The notes: a model not told the origin generated them from the letters alone. Numbered from the stretch's first letter, positions 40,420 to 54,219 are shown. The stretch: DNA of 64,000 nt from Saccostrea echinata (GCF_033153115.1 NW_026889766.1:5146001-5210000), one strand, 5' to 3'. Made by a program: numbers and translations.

Positions 40420-41092
40420 GATGAGTATTTGAATCTGAAAATATTAAAATTATGATTTTTTGTTGAATAATACTTGTATGAACATCATTAATACTTGATT
40501 TATGAATAGAGAAAATTGTGAGATAATCTTTTCCCCGCTTTTTCTTAACCTGGTTTACTTCTCTCTCAATAATGGATATCAAGTCTATATTTATATAAGC
40601 AAGTGTCTTATGTCAAAATGACAGAAGAACATAATTACTTCAAAGGTATCAATTTTAAAGGCATAAAATCAGATTTTTTTAGTACGTATTAACTACAGCA
40701 AAATGTTAATAATTTGTACGAACAAACAAGCTTCAAACTTTATGCTACTCGCTAATCAGCCAAGACTTTGTTTTCAACGGTTCAATTAGGATTGTATCTG
40801 AACATAAAAGTTCTGAGATTTATTGATTTCCCACAATAGTATTAAAAGTTTCTCTTTTTTGGTTTATGAATTCAAATGAATATGAAATCGTGTATCACTG
40901 ACCATTGATCTAACAGGTCTGTTATGATTCTTTGACTGTCAGACACATTCATTTGTAGGAACATAAATACTTAACATTTAACGCAATACCTCGATTACAA
41001 AATATTTCAAAAGATATATAGATATCAGAGTAAATTATGAGTTAAAAGGAAAAAAGTCTAGAATTCAAAATAATTCTATACATAATTATTAC

Positions 41093-41170
41093 CTGTCAAC
41101 AAAGGGGTAAATGGCGGTCCCTCTTAGTAACTGAAATCTAACACAACTGGTGTTTTTAGGTCACATGACC
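41093..41170 (-). promoter_or_regulatory. Non-coding first exon and core promoter of TRIM-like A
   Basis: Minus-strand donor cag|gtaata at 41092, acceptor upstream of the ATG at 40435, ggtcacatgacc E-box palindrome; homologous to 53880-53957. Confidence 0.55.
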
Positions 41171-41699
41171 CATATAACTGCGTTATGTACCTGTCATGTA
41201 TTTTTCGTCCTAGTTTGTGTAAGGTATTTAAATGTCTGTATTATAATACTCTGTAAGAACCATTTCATGCCCATTTTTCTGCATGGCTGGAACTAAGAGC
41301 TGCTATTTGTGATTTAATATAAAGTAACCAGTAAAACACAGAACTGAAGTTGAAAATATCATTCATTTATCATTAAATAACAGTTGAATAAAGTTTAGTA
41401 TTTTAAGTTTAAGAAAAAAAAATTCTTTACAGTGCCAATATGGTGCTGATACCAATTCAAATTGCATACTCAATCATATCCGTGGCTGTTCAAATACTTC
41501 AATGAAAAATTAGAGTTATCTCATTTGTCCCAATAAGCATAAAATGAAATGGGCATAAAACTTTCTATGAACATAAATAGCTTTCGTGTTTCAGCATGCA
41601 ACTTTTTCTGTGACACTATTTTATGTAAATATATGTCTAGAAATTATTTTATGTAAATATATATCTAGAAAATGAAGCATATTAATTTATAAACTTACA

Positions 41700-41948
41700 A
41701 TAGGGAATCCAAGTTTTTCATTGAAATATGTAGAAAAAATCTTTAAAAATCGTTTTCTCAAGAACCACTGGGCCAGAAAAGCTGAAACTTAAGTGGAAGG
41801 ATCCTGGGGCAGTGTAGATTCTAAATTGTTCAAAGCATGACCCCCAAGGGTAGGGCGGGGCCACAATAAGTACTACGGGGGGGGATCAGGTGAAAACAGC
41901 AAGGCCAATGTTACTCAGGTGAGCGTTGTAGCCCATGGGCCTATTGTT
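41700..41948 (+). mobile_element. HINE 3' end fragment
   Basis: One satellite unit plus terminal caggtgagcgttgtagcccatgggcctattgtt. Confidence 0.75.
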
Positions 41949-42110
41949 TTGGCTGTCATAAAAGGAGACAATTTTTTAGCAGATTTGATCCACCCTGTCC
42001 CAGAAAAATTTCTTGATCTGCCCTTATAAAGACTATCATTTCCCAAGATTTTTACTATATCGGATTTGATATGCATTATTGCTCTTACATGTGCGGATGC
42101 TTACACATGC

Positions 42111-42142
<32 letters not shown>

Positions 42143-43159
42143 ATACTTGTATTAAAAATGCAAAAAATATTTATCCATAATCTTGCGGTTTAGGTTTCAA
42201 GTAAGATTTTGAGATTTAAAATTTTCTCAAAGTACAAGAAATTGAATAAGTACCAAATTTTAGACTGCCTGCGGAAACTCCCCAATCTTGAAAGACTTTC
42301 TATACATGCATATAAAACAGGAACGTAGCACCGTTTCTCAAAATGTATGAATGCAAGGGGGAGCGAGTGGGGGTTGGGGGAGGGGGCAGTAAAATGATTG
42401 ACAAGCAAAAGAAAAACTTTAGGGACTTAAAAATTGGAGGAAGTGAAGAAGGAAAACAGGCATATAAAAAATCCGTAGTCAGGGGAGGGACAGATTCCAT
42501 TCATACTATCATTTTCGGCAGAAAAATATTTGAGTACAGTGTACAATAATGTTGGATGAGGGGGGTGGGGGAGCCAGCTAGTCCGAAAATAAAAATCCCT
42601 CCAAAATCAACCTTAAAGATAGGAATCTAGAACGCGTGGGTGTTGGATGCCCCCTTTTTTTCCGAGCATAATGTTTTACTGTTTAGTATGAAAAACACAC
42701 CCAAAGGCTATCTCCTCCACTTTTTGTTGCACTATACTCAAATCCTCGAAAAAGTGGCCCCGCCCACAAAATAGGATTTTTTAACTTTTTTTTTATGCTA
42801 TTTATTTTTTTATTTGTTGATTTCATTATTATTATAATTTTTATTATCAATTTTTTTTTTGCTTGTCAAAGATTTTTCAGGTAAAGTGTCAATTATTTCT
42901 AAGATGCTACGTTCCTGAAAGACACTCTGAGAAAAGGGAGTATATCCCCCCCGCTCCACGTGTGTGTATATTTGTTAATTTGTGTTCTGGTTAAATGCTC
43001 TCATGTCGTGTTCTAAATCATTTTTTACACCAAATTACTCAGTTAAGTTTTTAGATAATTAGCAATCAGACTTTTTTTTTTTAGTGATTTCTTACTTTTT
43101 ACCCAGTCCCGCAAATACTAATTCCTTTTTAACTTTTGATATTTTGCCTAACCAAAATC

Positions 43160-43880
43160 TGATCAGCACGGACTAAGTGTATTCGAGTGCTAGGCTGTAC
43201 GATGAAGTGACAACGTGTTTACTGTTGAGTATTTATGGAGATTATTACTTTTTGTGATGCATATTTCAATGAATGGAATACAAGGTGTAAATTATTCGGC
43301 ATGTGCACATCTTCGAACGGGTACAGTGGTCATTTCCAGGTATGAATAAGTATACAGTGTTCGACGTGTAATCAGACTCGATATGCATCAATTGCATTTG
43401 GATGCATGTGGACATGCATAGGAAATACGCTGGTGGTTTGTTCCATTCTTACGATAGATTATTGCAAATTGTTTGTACGAGTTTTACTGTGTAATATTTC
43501 ACGTTTATTGTGCATATATTGGTATGCCTTTTAAAAAAAACGCGCGCAACAATTTTTTTCTTCCAAACTTGCATTTATATTATTCAAAACGATAATTATT
43601 CATAATTATCGATAATTATTCATAATTATCGTTATCACTGTTTTTATCTGATCTGGTTTTAAATTGTTTTCATCAATTCATGTGTTCCCAAATACTTTAC
43701 TATCGGAGATGTGCACGCATCGATAGCCAAACCAAAAATACACTCAAGTGGAACGAGGGCACTGGGGTATATATCGTTACAATAAGACAAGGTATCTGAA
43801 AGAAATATGGCGGAATAGTTGGTATGAAACAAGTCGTACATTGAAGCAAATGTTGCGATTTTAAGAATTCATGTCAGCTC
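43160..43880. mobile_element. Partial second copy of the 32.8 kb Kolobok-like element
   Basis: 43420-43880 is the reverse complement of ~32836-33300 and ends in ttcatgtcagct. Confidence 0.75.
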
Positions 43881-43959
43881 TAAGATTAAGTAAATACTAA
43901 TATTAGTTCGAGCAGATAAATATATTTATTGGCTGTCATAATATAATACATTATATTCC

Positions 43960-44237
43960 AAATACAATTTATCATTGAGTCAAATGCTGACTGTCGTTTT
44001 TCATACTAATTGTTAGGCCATTATTTACACACTGAATTGTCGACGGATTTTTCCGTTATTTCCCGATCATGACAAGGAGCACACGGCGGGTGTGACCGGT
44101 CGGCAGGGTATGCTCACTTCTCCATGTCACCTGATCCCACCTCTGATGCTTAGAGGTCCGTGTTTGCTCTGCTCCTATTTTGTATTGTTTAATGGACTTT
44201 TGAGCTTGAATACTGTTCGTTATCTCCACATATTTCA
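43960..44237 (+). mobile_element. Penelope-like 3' end fragment
   Basis: Closely matches 31553-31820. Confidence 0.85.
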
Positions 44238-44379
44238 TAATACAATTCGGGAATTGCTTACCTTTGCATAGAAGCTGAAATCAAGCAAGCACAGGATTTG
44301 CTGTACCTATTGATTTGATCAATATTTATGATATCAAGGAAAAATACGTAATTGTAAGCTATAAAAAGGTAGAAAAAAA

Positions 44380-47300
44380 TCTGTAAATTTTATCAATATT
44401 TTCAGTCATTAAAAAGTATGTAAAATACTTATACATGAAACAACATATTTTATTAGATGTTTTGTGCATTTTCTGATTTCAAAAAAAAAAAAAAAAAAAA
44501 AATCATTCACAATTAAACATATTGAAACTATGCAAACTTTTGTGATTTATATTTTTAATTTCCTTTTAAAAATAATTCAAATTAAGTATTTTAACTCTGT
44601 GCTGACAAGAACTTGACAGCCCATTTCAAATGAATAATTTTGGCATGGCAAGATTGCGAAAATAGCCCAACAACACAAACAGAACACAAACAAGAAAAAG
44701 GTATCCAAGTTTTGAAAGCCTACTTATGATGAAACAAACTAAAATAACTTAAAAGTAGATATATTTGAAATATACATGACTGTATCTTTCCATGCAGATG
44801 CCATTGAATTTATTTGTAATCCTAACTGTTACAGACTGATAGCTAGAGGGCGCTGTACTCTTCTGGAACTGCTGGAGTGTGGATCACGGGGTTGGAAACC
44901 ATTATATAACGACCTGACGCGATTATACTGTGACACTGTGGTAGAGATATTTGCCACAAGAATCGAGTGACCCCCATTTTACAACCGTAGAATTACACCT
45001 TGTTACAACAGGAAGAGCTTCTGTTACGTCACGTGTCTGGTATGAATTCAAAAGAGCGTGACTGTATCCTGTCTGCTGAACTGTTACATTATATTTTTTT
45101 AGACATGACATATCAACATGTTCTGTTTAGATGAATTGAGAAGGCACCACTTGGTATGATTTCAGAGTTTGGCCTTATTTTTGTTCATGTGTTCACATGT
45201 TTTGCACAGATGACAAGTTTTGAACTTAAATTTTTGGATTTTATTTTTGGCAAGTTTAACAGAATCTCAAAAATTACTCCAAAAAATAGCCAACAAAAGA
45301 AAATACCTGCTATGCAGTATATATATGTTCTTTGCTGTTAACATTTAACAAAGTTTGAAAATTTTTCCTGACAAGTATATAATTTATTGTGTAGAGAGGC
45401 ATCTACATTCAATAATTAATTCAAAAATTAAATCATAATTGATTTTTTGTGGCCTTATTTTAATTTCTGCAATACTGAATATTTTGTGTCCAGTGTTACA
45501 TGTATCTATATTGATACTAAGGGAATTGTGGTGGTTCGATACAGAATATTTTAGTAATAATCCATTCTCTGTAAAATATTTGTTAAAGGGCATTATGATT
45601 GATTGTCTATTGTTTAGCGCCGAGTCGGCAATATTTCAGCCATGTTTCGGCGGACTGGCATTTGATATGCAATAGCTTTGATAAAAGCCTGTAGTATGTC
45701 AAATGTTTGAGTTAAACTTTCAAAAGTACATCGTAGTTTTGTGTCAAATGATATGAGATCATGAGAGGTAACCTTTTTTATCATTGTTTTGTCATTCATA
45801 CTGAATTATGTTTTTTACTTCTATAATTAGTCCACGATTAGTTGACCTGGGTGTCGCAAAGTGAACTTACGATTGATAAGTACATTTACAAAAGTTCAGG
45901 GTAATAGCTTATGTAATTTTTTTTCTTGATAAAAACTTCTTCTCTCATATTTCTTAATTCTAAATTTAAAAAAAATTGGATTTTTCATTCTAAAATAGAA
46001 ATTTTAAAAAATTCCAATATAAAGGCTCACATGGTCAGCTTTTGATTTTCTGTGACCTTTAATTAACATAAAAAGTTAGTAGCACTGTCTAAATGGTTAC
46101 TCAAATGCTATTCTGTTTGATCAGTTTATCATGAGTGGACAATATTTGACCATTTATTATACAGGTATTCCTAGTCTACTAATTGTACCACTGAAATATA
46201 GCTAAGATATTACCGACTCGGCAATAAAATGGTTAATGCAGTTAAATTTCATTTGTAGGAAAAATCTTATCAAAATTTCTTTTACAGTAGAAGTTAATCT
46301 AAACCAATCAATTATTCCATGGAATATCACCTTATTTAGCAACAGTACGGTCAAAGAATGTTTTAGAAAAATGGAAAATGTTATTTTGAGAATAAGATAT
46401 TTTGGCACACCATGCAGATTGGGCAAGTTTATTTACTGCAATATTTTTCATAAATGATAATGCTAGATTTCTTTATTCACTTCCACAGTTATTAAGGTAT
46501 CAAATTCTTCAAAGATCAAAGATTTTGATTTTAACAAATCACAGTTATGTAAACAGGTTTTCTAAGACTACAAACACAACTTGGATTATCCTGTCTCAGT
46601 CATATACAGTACAAATGAATATGACTTTTTTATTCATTTATCGAACAGGTTAGGAATTTTGTACTTCTATAGAATTTTGTCTTTGATTCACAATCGATCA
46701 GTCTTCACAAACTAAAAGTAGAGACAGTGTACTTTTACATTCACCAAAGATAATTTGTTATTTGACACACAGTGTATAAATATGCTTCTTTATTAAACAA
46801 AATGGAAGAGAATTGCATAAAATGTTCAGTTTTTTTTGTGACAAATTAAACATAGTTGAAGTTGCACATTTTGTACTTTTCACAACTTGAACAAAATGTT
46901 ACTCATTTCATTCTGATTTTTTCAGATAATAATTTTTTCTAAACATTAACAATTATTCAAAGATTTCTTTTTCTCATGCTGTCTTCAAGTTTGCAGTGTG
47001 ATAAAATTATGTTCGAGGTAGGGCTATAATCAAATCTCGAATGTGGCTTTAGAGTTTATTCAAGTTGTCGTCCTTGAAAAGTCTGAGAGAGCATTACGTT
47101 TACATGGTTTTGGAAATTCGTATGATTATTTTGAAAAAAAGGATGTTATTTATTCATGTTTAAATATAGGTTTGTCCTTGACAGATTTATTTTCTATTGA
47201 GCTGATAACCTGGTAGCTCCGAAACAGTAAAAGTTAATGATTTGTTGTCTATAAATATTTTAAGAAACTTCATTAGAACCAGCTCATAGCACATGACATA

Positions 47301-47620
47301 CTGGGCACTTACACGAGGGTCCATGTCTTTGTTTCTTAGAGCTGTAGAAAAAGATGAGAATTTTCTTATTCCATAAATGCCTTAAAGTACCTTTTTCTCT
47401 ATGAATTCAGAAAGTATATTCAAGAGGAACTATTTCAATGAACTGTTTTCTTAATATGAGAGACTAATGTATTGAAAATTCCCTTTTTATTGGTCAAGTC
47501 ATACATTGATAAAAATTTTTTCTAAATAAACTGATTACTTTAGTATTGAAGGTGTTTTTGTTTACTTTTTGTACATTAATAAAATTTTCTAGGTTTTGTT
47601 GCGTCATAAAACTTATAATG
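44380..47620 (+). repeat. Segmental duplicate 2 of CTIF-like intron 4 end, exon 5, 3' UTR and flank
   Basis: Collinear with 19905-22870; ~375 bp of the UTR is deleted near 45220. Confidence 0.92.
44835..44970 (+). pseudogene. Orphan copy of CTIF-like terminal exon (acceptor, frame and stop intact)
   Basis: ttacag acceptor; LIARGRCTLLELLECGSRGWKPLYNDLTRLYCDTVVEIFATRIE*; no copies of exons 1-4 seen upstream. Confidence 0.85.
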
Positions 47621-47629
47621 GTATCATTA

Positions 47630-47995
47630 TTGAATTTTTCAGTCATATGAGACGTCACCATATACCAGTGAAGGTCTTGAAATTAAGACCTTACTCAGGG
47701 ATATTGAGCAGTGAGTGTTCTTTTTCATGCCAACACCTTCAGAGACACGGGACCTTGGCTTCAAATTCATACCAATCTGATCACTCAGGGCCATTGAGCA
47801 GTGAGGGTTTACACTCGTGCCAAGTCCTACCGAAACACGAGACCTTGGTTTTCAAGGTTTCATCCGAAAAAACAATGACTTTCACGTCTTATGCCGGGTG
47901 CGTGAAGATGGAACAGTCTCTATATTAGGTTTAGCGCGGCGCCATGAACAAAAATCGATTCCGGACAAGAAGCTACCGCTCTACCAGTGGGCTAA
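47630..47995 (-). mobile_element. Degenerate SINE with internal duplication of the core
   Basis: Two ttgagcagtgag core copies; matches the SINE reverse complement. Confidence 0.65.
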
Positions 47996-49119
47996 CGCAA
48001 AAGCTTATGATAGAATGTAAATGAAGTAGATCCCATTTTCCAATCTGCATCCACCCGTGTCGTATATACTTTCGATAAAATTTTTGATAGTTTGTTGATT
48101 TATGTCCCTTGAGAGGATTTTTTATTCTTATGGTTATAAATGCAATCAATAAAAACATAACACAAAGAAAAATAGAAATTTATTCCTCGAAAAAAGTGCT
48201 AACACAATTTTCTAGCATTTCTAGGAAACGGTTACGCTTTAGTAAATACTAAATTTACTTGCCAGTTTGGGCATTTAAATATCTTTTTTTAACAATAGTA
48301 ACATATTTATTAAAAACACCATAAGCAAAGAGGTATAGCGCCCTTTCCCAGTATTTCGCCTACTACCACATTTAATTGGAAAGTACCTGTTACTATATAA
48401 GTAGATAAAGTTGGCGCATTGGTTTAGGAAATCAACCTTGTGAAAAAATATTGGATACTACTTTTACATTTATATCACTTAAAATATTTACCCGTAAACT
48501 TGTGGTCTAATTCGGGATATAAATTCACGAGAAACAAAACTTGTTTATGTACGAGATATTTTGATTACTTCACAACCAGCTTCTTTGCACATGTGAATAA
48601 ACATGTATCATTAAATAAAAATAAACATACGTTTCATAATTTTAATATTTTTGTTTCGTTTGACACGTTTCGGAATAACGCATCGAGATTATTTTTAGAT
48701 TGTTTTAAAGGTTTTTGTTATCATGACAGGTTTTCATTACTATTCGTTTTGAGAACTATTGTTGCATCTTATGCACGTCGTCAACGAATCCATATTTTTT
48801 TGTGTCTCTTCTTTCCACAAAAATCGAAAATCCATGTTGTATTTAGTCAGTTAACATTATTTCTAATATGTATATTATGTGGAAAATATATTGATTCAAA
48901 ATCAACTAGATTTAGTAAAAATATATGTATACTAATAACTATCATTAAAGCAAGAATAAAAAAAATTCTGGAATTTGGGGTACTTGAAACAGAGAGCTCA
49001 AATACAAAAACAGTTCAGCGTAAACCACTGGACCACGCAGACTATTGACAAACATCGTGTCCTTTCTGTATATATAGACCCGAGTAAGAGTTTTTTAGGG
49101 GGGGGGGAGATAACTACGT

Positions 49120-49333
49120 AAACACACTAAATTGTCTATGGATTTTTTTCGTTTTTTTCCCGATCACGACAAGGAGCACACGGCGGGTGTGACGGGTTGG
49201 CAGGTGATGCTTACTCTTTCATGACACCTGATCCAATCTGTGATGTTTTAAGAGATCCGTGTTTGCTCTGCTCCAAGTTTGTATTGTTTAAACGGACTTC
49301 GAATTTGAATACTCTTTTATCTCCAGATTTCAT
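49120..49333 (+). mobile_element. Diverged Penelope-like 3' UTR fragment
   Basis: acaaggagcacacggcgggtgtgac...cacctgatcc...ccgtgtttgctctgctcc motif. Confidence 0.8.
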
Positions 49334-49877
49334 TAGATATATAGACCAAGTTAAACCAAAAAGATTAAATATAACAGTATACTTTGATATCAAAAGAACA
49401 TAACCTCTTCCAGATGTATCTAGTTTAAGTTGGTCCAATTAATAAAATCTGAATTTTTTAAATTTTTAATGCTCACTCGATAGTTCTCTGCATATCCTAT
49501 GCAAATTCGGTCAATTTCATTGATCTTCTTTGAGATAATTATGACTATTTGTGCCAAGTACTGGTATAATTTTTTATGGTTAGATTTACTAAATATCATT
49601 GAATATTGAAATATATCGGATGTTTGTGAATGCGCCATATTATAGGCTATTTCGTATACAAAGTGCGCTATACCTTTTTACCTTGTCAAGTCCCAATGGA
49701 ATTGCGAAATATTGTCAAAACAGTAAACAATCCAATATCAATTTAAAAAAAAAATCCCTAGTCATGCATACAGCAATATGCATGGTAGAAGAATCCCGTG
49801 TCAGTTTTAAGCTATGAAATATATATACAAACTCATAAGATACATTTTTAATTATTGATTGGGCTTAATCTTGCCAA

Positions 49878-50080
49878 TTTGTTTGTTTGTTTGTTTATTT
49901 GTTTAATGTTCCATCGAGTTTTTAAAATTTATATTGAGATGCCACCACTTGGCTGTGGACGGCTTCAAATTTAGACCTGTACTCGGCACTTATGGCTTTT
50001 GAGCATTTTTGGGATCTTTTTCGTGCCAGTACCTACCAATACACGGGACCTCGGTTTATACGATCTCATCCGATTGACTG
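49878..50080 (-). mobile_element. Degenerate SINE 3' half
   Basis: (ttgt)n tail and core similarity. Confidence 0.65.
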
Positions 50081-50467
50081 GTCTCAAGTCTCTTGCCAAA
50101 ACACACATTGACAAAGAAAAAAGACCAGAATCTTGATGCTTTAAAAATCGTTTTAAGAACTTTGTCGAATATCAATGGTACGATTTGTCTCCTTAACCGC
50201 CCCCCTTTCGCTTTTATACAAGAACAGCTGTTGTCTCATCAGATTCTTCTGGTATTTTGTATTTATTGTCCTCCAAACCATTGATCTAAATAAGAATTTT
50301 AAAAGGAACTAGTGAAGGACTGGTATTCATAATTATTTGAGTTGTTAATTGCAGTAAAAATCACCTAAGTGAGAAAAATTAAAACGTAGAAATCAGTTAT
50401 ATGTTCTGTTTAATCTTCTTTCTGACTTTCAAGTATACCATTAAAATGATTATTAATGTGATTGATT

Positions 50468-52212
50468 TCACATATATTTTATTTTCATAACGCAACTGTG
50501 CGTATAAAATAAGTCATCCATTTCTTTATCCTTTTCTTTGCATATAACAAACAGATTGCCAACTGCATCTGTACAGATTCCATATGGTTTATTCTTTCCA
50601 AAGGTTAAGTAATGTAGGAACTGTCCATCGTGGTCCATGATATGGACACAGCGATTATCATAATCAGTTGTAAGGATGTGACTCTGACTGTCTGTAGTGA
50701 TTCCTCGTGGACTGAATGGTTTATTCTTCGGAGCAGGAGTATGTCCAGTATATTTAAATCTCAGTTTCCCGGCCTGATTGACCACAACTATTGCTTTAGC
50801 TTCATAATCAGCCACACAGATATCAAGGTTCATGTTTTCACATATATATTTGTATCGGCGAAAACCATCAGATGAGTAGAGAGCTTTACCCTTATCATCA
50901 AATTGAATGGTTTGTTTCTCTATGCAACCAGAATATCGAACAACTTTCGATTGTTTTTTGTCATCACTTTCCATAGTAACCAGGTGGTCAGCAGAGGAAG
51001 TGCTACAGACATTGCGAGGTCTCCAGTTCTGTAGTCTGATCACCTCCTTTATGTCTTCATTCTTCACAATGTTGACAGTTCTATACATGCCATCAGTATA
51101 AATGAGATCTCCAGTACTTTTCACTGCTATGTCTTCTGGCATGCTTTTTGACTTCGTTCTGATAAACCTGTTTTGTGAATGCTCTTTGATATCGTATAGT
51201 TCTATAATATTGCTTTCATCACACATCCATATTTTTTCATCACCCAGACACGAAATATTTTGAGGATCATTTGAAAGATAGAAAATGTCGATGTAAACCT
51301 GATGGAATCCAAAGTCTGGTGATTTCTTTTTGAGTAACAGAGAGGAACCAGCTTTTGGTAATTCTTGCATACCTGTAGTCTTCAATCTGTAGCCATGTTC
51401 TTCAATGTAAACAAAAATGGCGATAAACCTCCAAATTGATGACAGAATGTTTCGTCTTGAATTGTCCTTGGAGTGAATTTTGGTAGGGAAGGTACAAGTT
51501 TTTGTGGAAGCTCTTGATATTGATCTGTCTTGGGTCTTACACTTATAAATCTTGCAATGTCATTGGTGTGTTCAGCAATACATGTATCAAATGAATCAAT
51601 TTCATCTTTAATGTCAATAATTTTCTTGTTAATTTCATCCAAATGTTTCCGCAAAGTTTGTAACTGAGAGCTCTTCATTTCATCAACTTGGGATTTAAGT
51701 TTCTTCACAACTTTGTCAACTTTTCTGTGCCAGTAATGTCCACGTTTTGTGATGGCCTCTGAGATCCCTTTATATTCCCTTTCTAGCTCACTTATTCTGT
51801 TTTGAACATCAGCTGCAATGTGCTGATAGGTCGGATAAATAGTTTCATTTAATTGATTTAGCTCTTTTTTAATCATTTCTTTCTTTTCCCCCAGAACTTG
51901 TAAGATTTTTGATAATCTATGACCGAGGTGTTGATCAGATGCCAGGCAGGTGCAACAGACAGGAATTGCACAGTGTCTACAGTACATCTCGCATCGTTCT
52001 TTTTCATGGAAGGCACAACCAGGGTAGAGGGGAGTGGAATTTCTAAACTGAAATCTGACCACTTTGTGATCTTTAAAGTCATCAGTAGAAATGTGTTCTC
52101 CCACACAGGCATTGCACAGGTTATTATGGCATGTATCACAGTGCATCTGTACTTCAGCAATCTCACATAAGTCACATCTGATCACATCCTGGGAACTAGT
52201 ATTGGGGTCCAT
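50468..52212 (-). pseudogene. RING-less TRIM-NHL-like gene B, single frameshift (or intact gene with an assembly error)
   Basis: ORF 51382-52212 (B-boxes, coiled coil) plus ORF 50468-51385 (NHL). Adding one base at ~51405 restores EEHGYRLKTT, homologous to SEEDGYSMKTT. Acceptor at 52228. Confidence 0.85.
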
Positions 52213-52516
52213 ACCTTCGTGTTGTGGCTATGAAAATTAAAAAAAAAAAATTTTATACTGATAAATATTTAAAAAAACAACATTTGAAAGGGTCTTTTTA
52301 GCTCTACTGGTCAGACAGTAGAAGACCTTAATAAGCATTAATAAGGTTTTTTTTTTGTCTGATCGTCTGTATAGTTATCTATCTGTAAACAATTCTTTAA
52401 AATGCTCTTCCTTTTACAATTTTAGTGCGATTTTAGTAAGACTTGGCAAGCAATTAACTAATTAAGGGGGAATGCCCCTCTGTTAAGAGGGATAACATTA
52501 CAAGAAAAAAAATAAG

Positions 52517-52760
52517 GAGATGCCACCACCTGCCGGTGAAGAGCTGCAAATTTTGACCTATACTCGGCACTTAGGGCCATTGAGCAGTGAGGGATCTTTT
52601 TCGAGCCAGCACCACCTGCGACACATGACCTCTGTTTATACGGTCACATCAGAAGGACCGGTCTCTACGTCCCACGGTGGGATTCGAACCTGCGACTTAA
52701 GGATCAACTCCTTACGCCGCGACTCTAGAGCAAACGCTCTAACCACTGCGCCACGCGGGC
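52517..52760 (-). mobile_element. Related SINE family with a different tRNA head
   Basis: Minus-strand head gcccgcgtggcgcagtggttagagcg...ggttcgaatcc with the shared cactgctcaatggccc core. Confidence 0.8.
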
Positions 52761-53879
52761 AGCTCCATTTTTGGAAAGAACATATCATTAAATTCTTAAC
52801 TAAGAAAATAATGATTCACGCTGCTGCACGCTAAAGAATTGCCAATGTTTGATATCAAAATGTGTAAATATCAATCCAAGATAACTGAAGCTAACTAACT
52901 ATTTAACAATTCAACATGAGGCCTTACAAAAATCAAATGAGTACCTTTTAGGTAGAGTTTTTTAAAGAGTAAATTTTAGGTGTTGAAAAGAACAAAATTT
53001 TTATGCACAATTTATATTGATATTCATATAACCTGACCAACTCAAATCTGTTTAATGATATACTCTATATAATAACTCTGATGAAAGATTTTGCATTGAA
53101 TTATCTTCTGCAAATGATCTACAAAGTGACAACATATTTTCATTACGTATATCAAAACTGAAATAAGGACTAAACCCTGAAGTACATGTACCTCGGCATT
53201 AATAGTCTAGCTAGAGAATAACATGCCTGTATACAAACTTCTGACTTCAATTATTCAGATAACTATAACGTCATTCAAAGGGATTGCCAAATATTCAATA
53301 TGTTTGTAGTTTAAATAGAAGACCTTTATGCGATTCTCCAACGAAAACCTTTGATAGATCACAAAACACCATACAACAAGTTTTTCTCTCATCAATGCTT
53401 TTAAAATAACATTAAGAATAATTGACAATCGGCTGAGTGACCCTGTAAGAAACCTGCCAGATATTGATTATACACCGTTGGCCTTTTATCTCTCATAGTT
53501 TTAATTATGCAATCCAATAAGTGAAGCTAGTCCGTAATTTAATGCAGGAGATCTAATGTTTAATGTTGATAGATTTGAAATTTTTTTTTTTATAAAAAGA
53601 GGAAGAATGTGAGCTAATATGATTCCTGACACTTAAAAAACTACATAAATCTGTTTCAACTTATATGACACTATACCCGTCTTAAACAAAAATATACACA
53701 ATTGAAAAATAAGGAAATAAATAAAAATAAAACAAGATAAAAAAATCAATCTATAGTTTTTACTTCTTTACAAACAAGGAAAAAATGACTGTCGAAGCTA
53801 GGTTCAATTAATATATACAAAGTATAAAAAAAATCAATTTAAAATGAAATTAATGAATTATTTAACCAAGACTTATTAC

Positions 53880-53957
53880 CTGACTAGAACTAAGTAAAGG
53901 CGGCTGTCCTTACCAACGGAAACGCAACACAATATTGATGTTTCTACGTCACGTGAC
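53880..53957 (-). promoter_or_regulatory. Non-coding first exon and core promoter of TRIM-like B with GTCACGTGAC palindrome
   Basis: Donor cag|gtaata at 53879; GTCACGTGAC at 53948-53957; homologous to 41093-41170. Confidence 0.55.
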
Positions 53958-54219
53958 CAACATACTCGTGTGGTTAATCTCTCACCAGAGGGTGCTATAC
54001 TACATCGATAGTACCGGGAATGATAACTCCGGGTAGAGAGTATATTACTTTCCCGTTTTATTCTAGGTATATAACATGTCTACTCTCATGCCTACCGATA
54101 CTCTGCTCTTAATTGATCTTTAATTGTGCATACAACCAAGTGAAGGCTGATGAATGGTACGGCACATAAAAGTTTATCTTTCCTGACCTTTTCAAACCTG
54201 AATACGCATGTAAATCACC

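Noticed and set aside
48440-49048. 202-aa ORF
   Set aside because: Non-ATG start, AT-rich F/I/K/N composition and no recognisable motif; probably repeat-derived.
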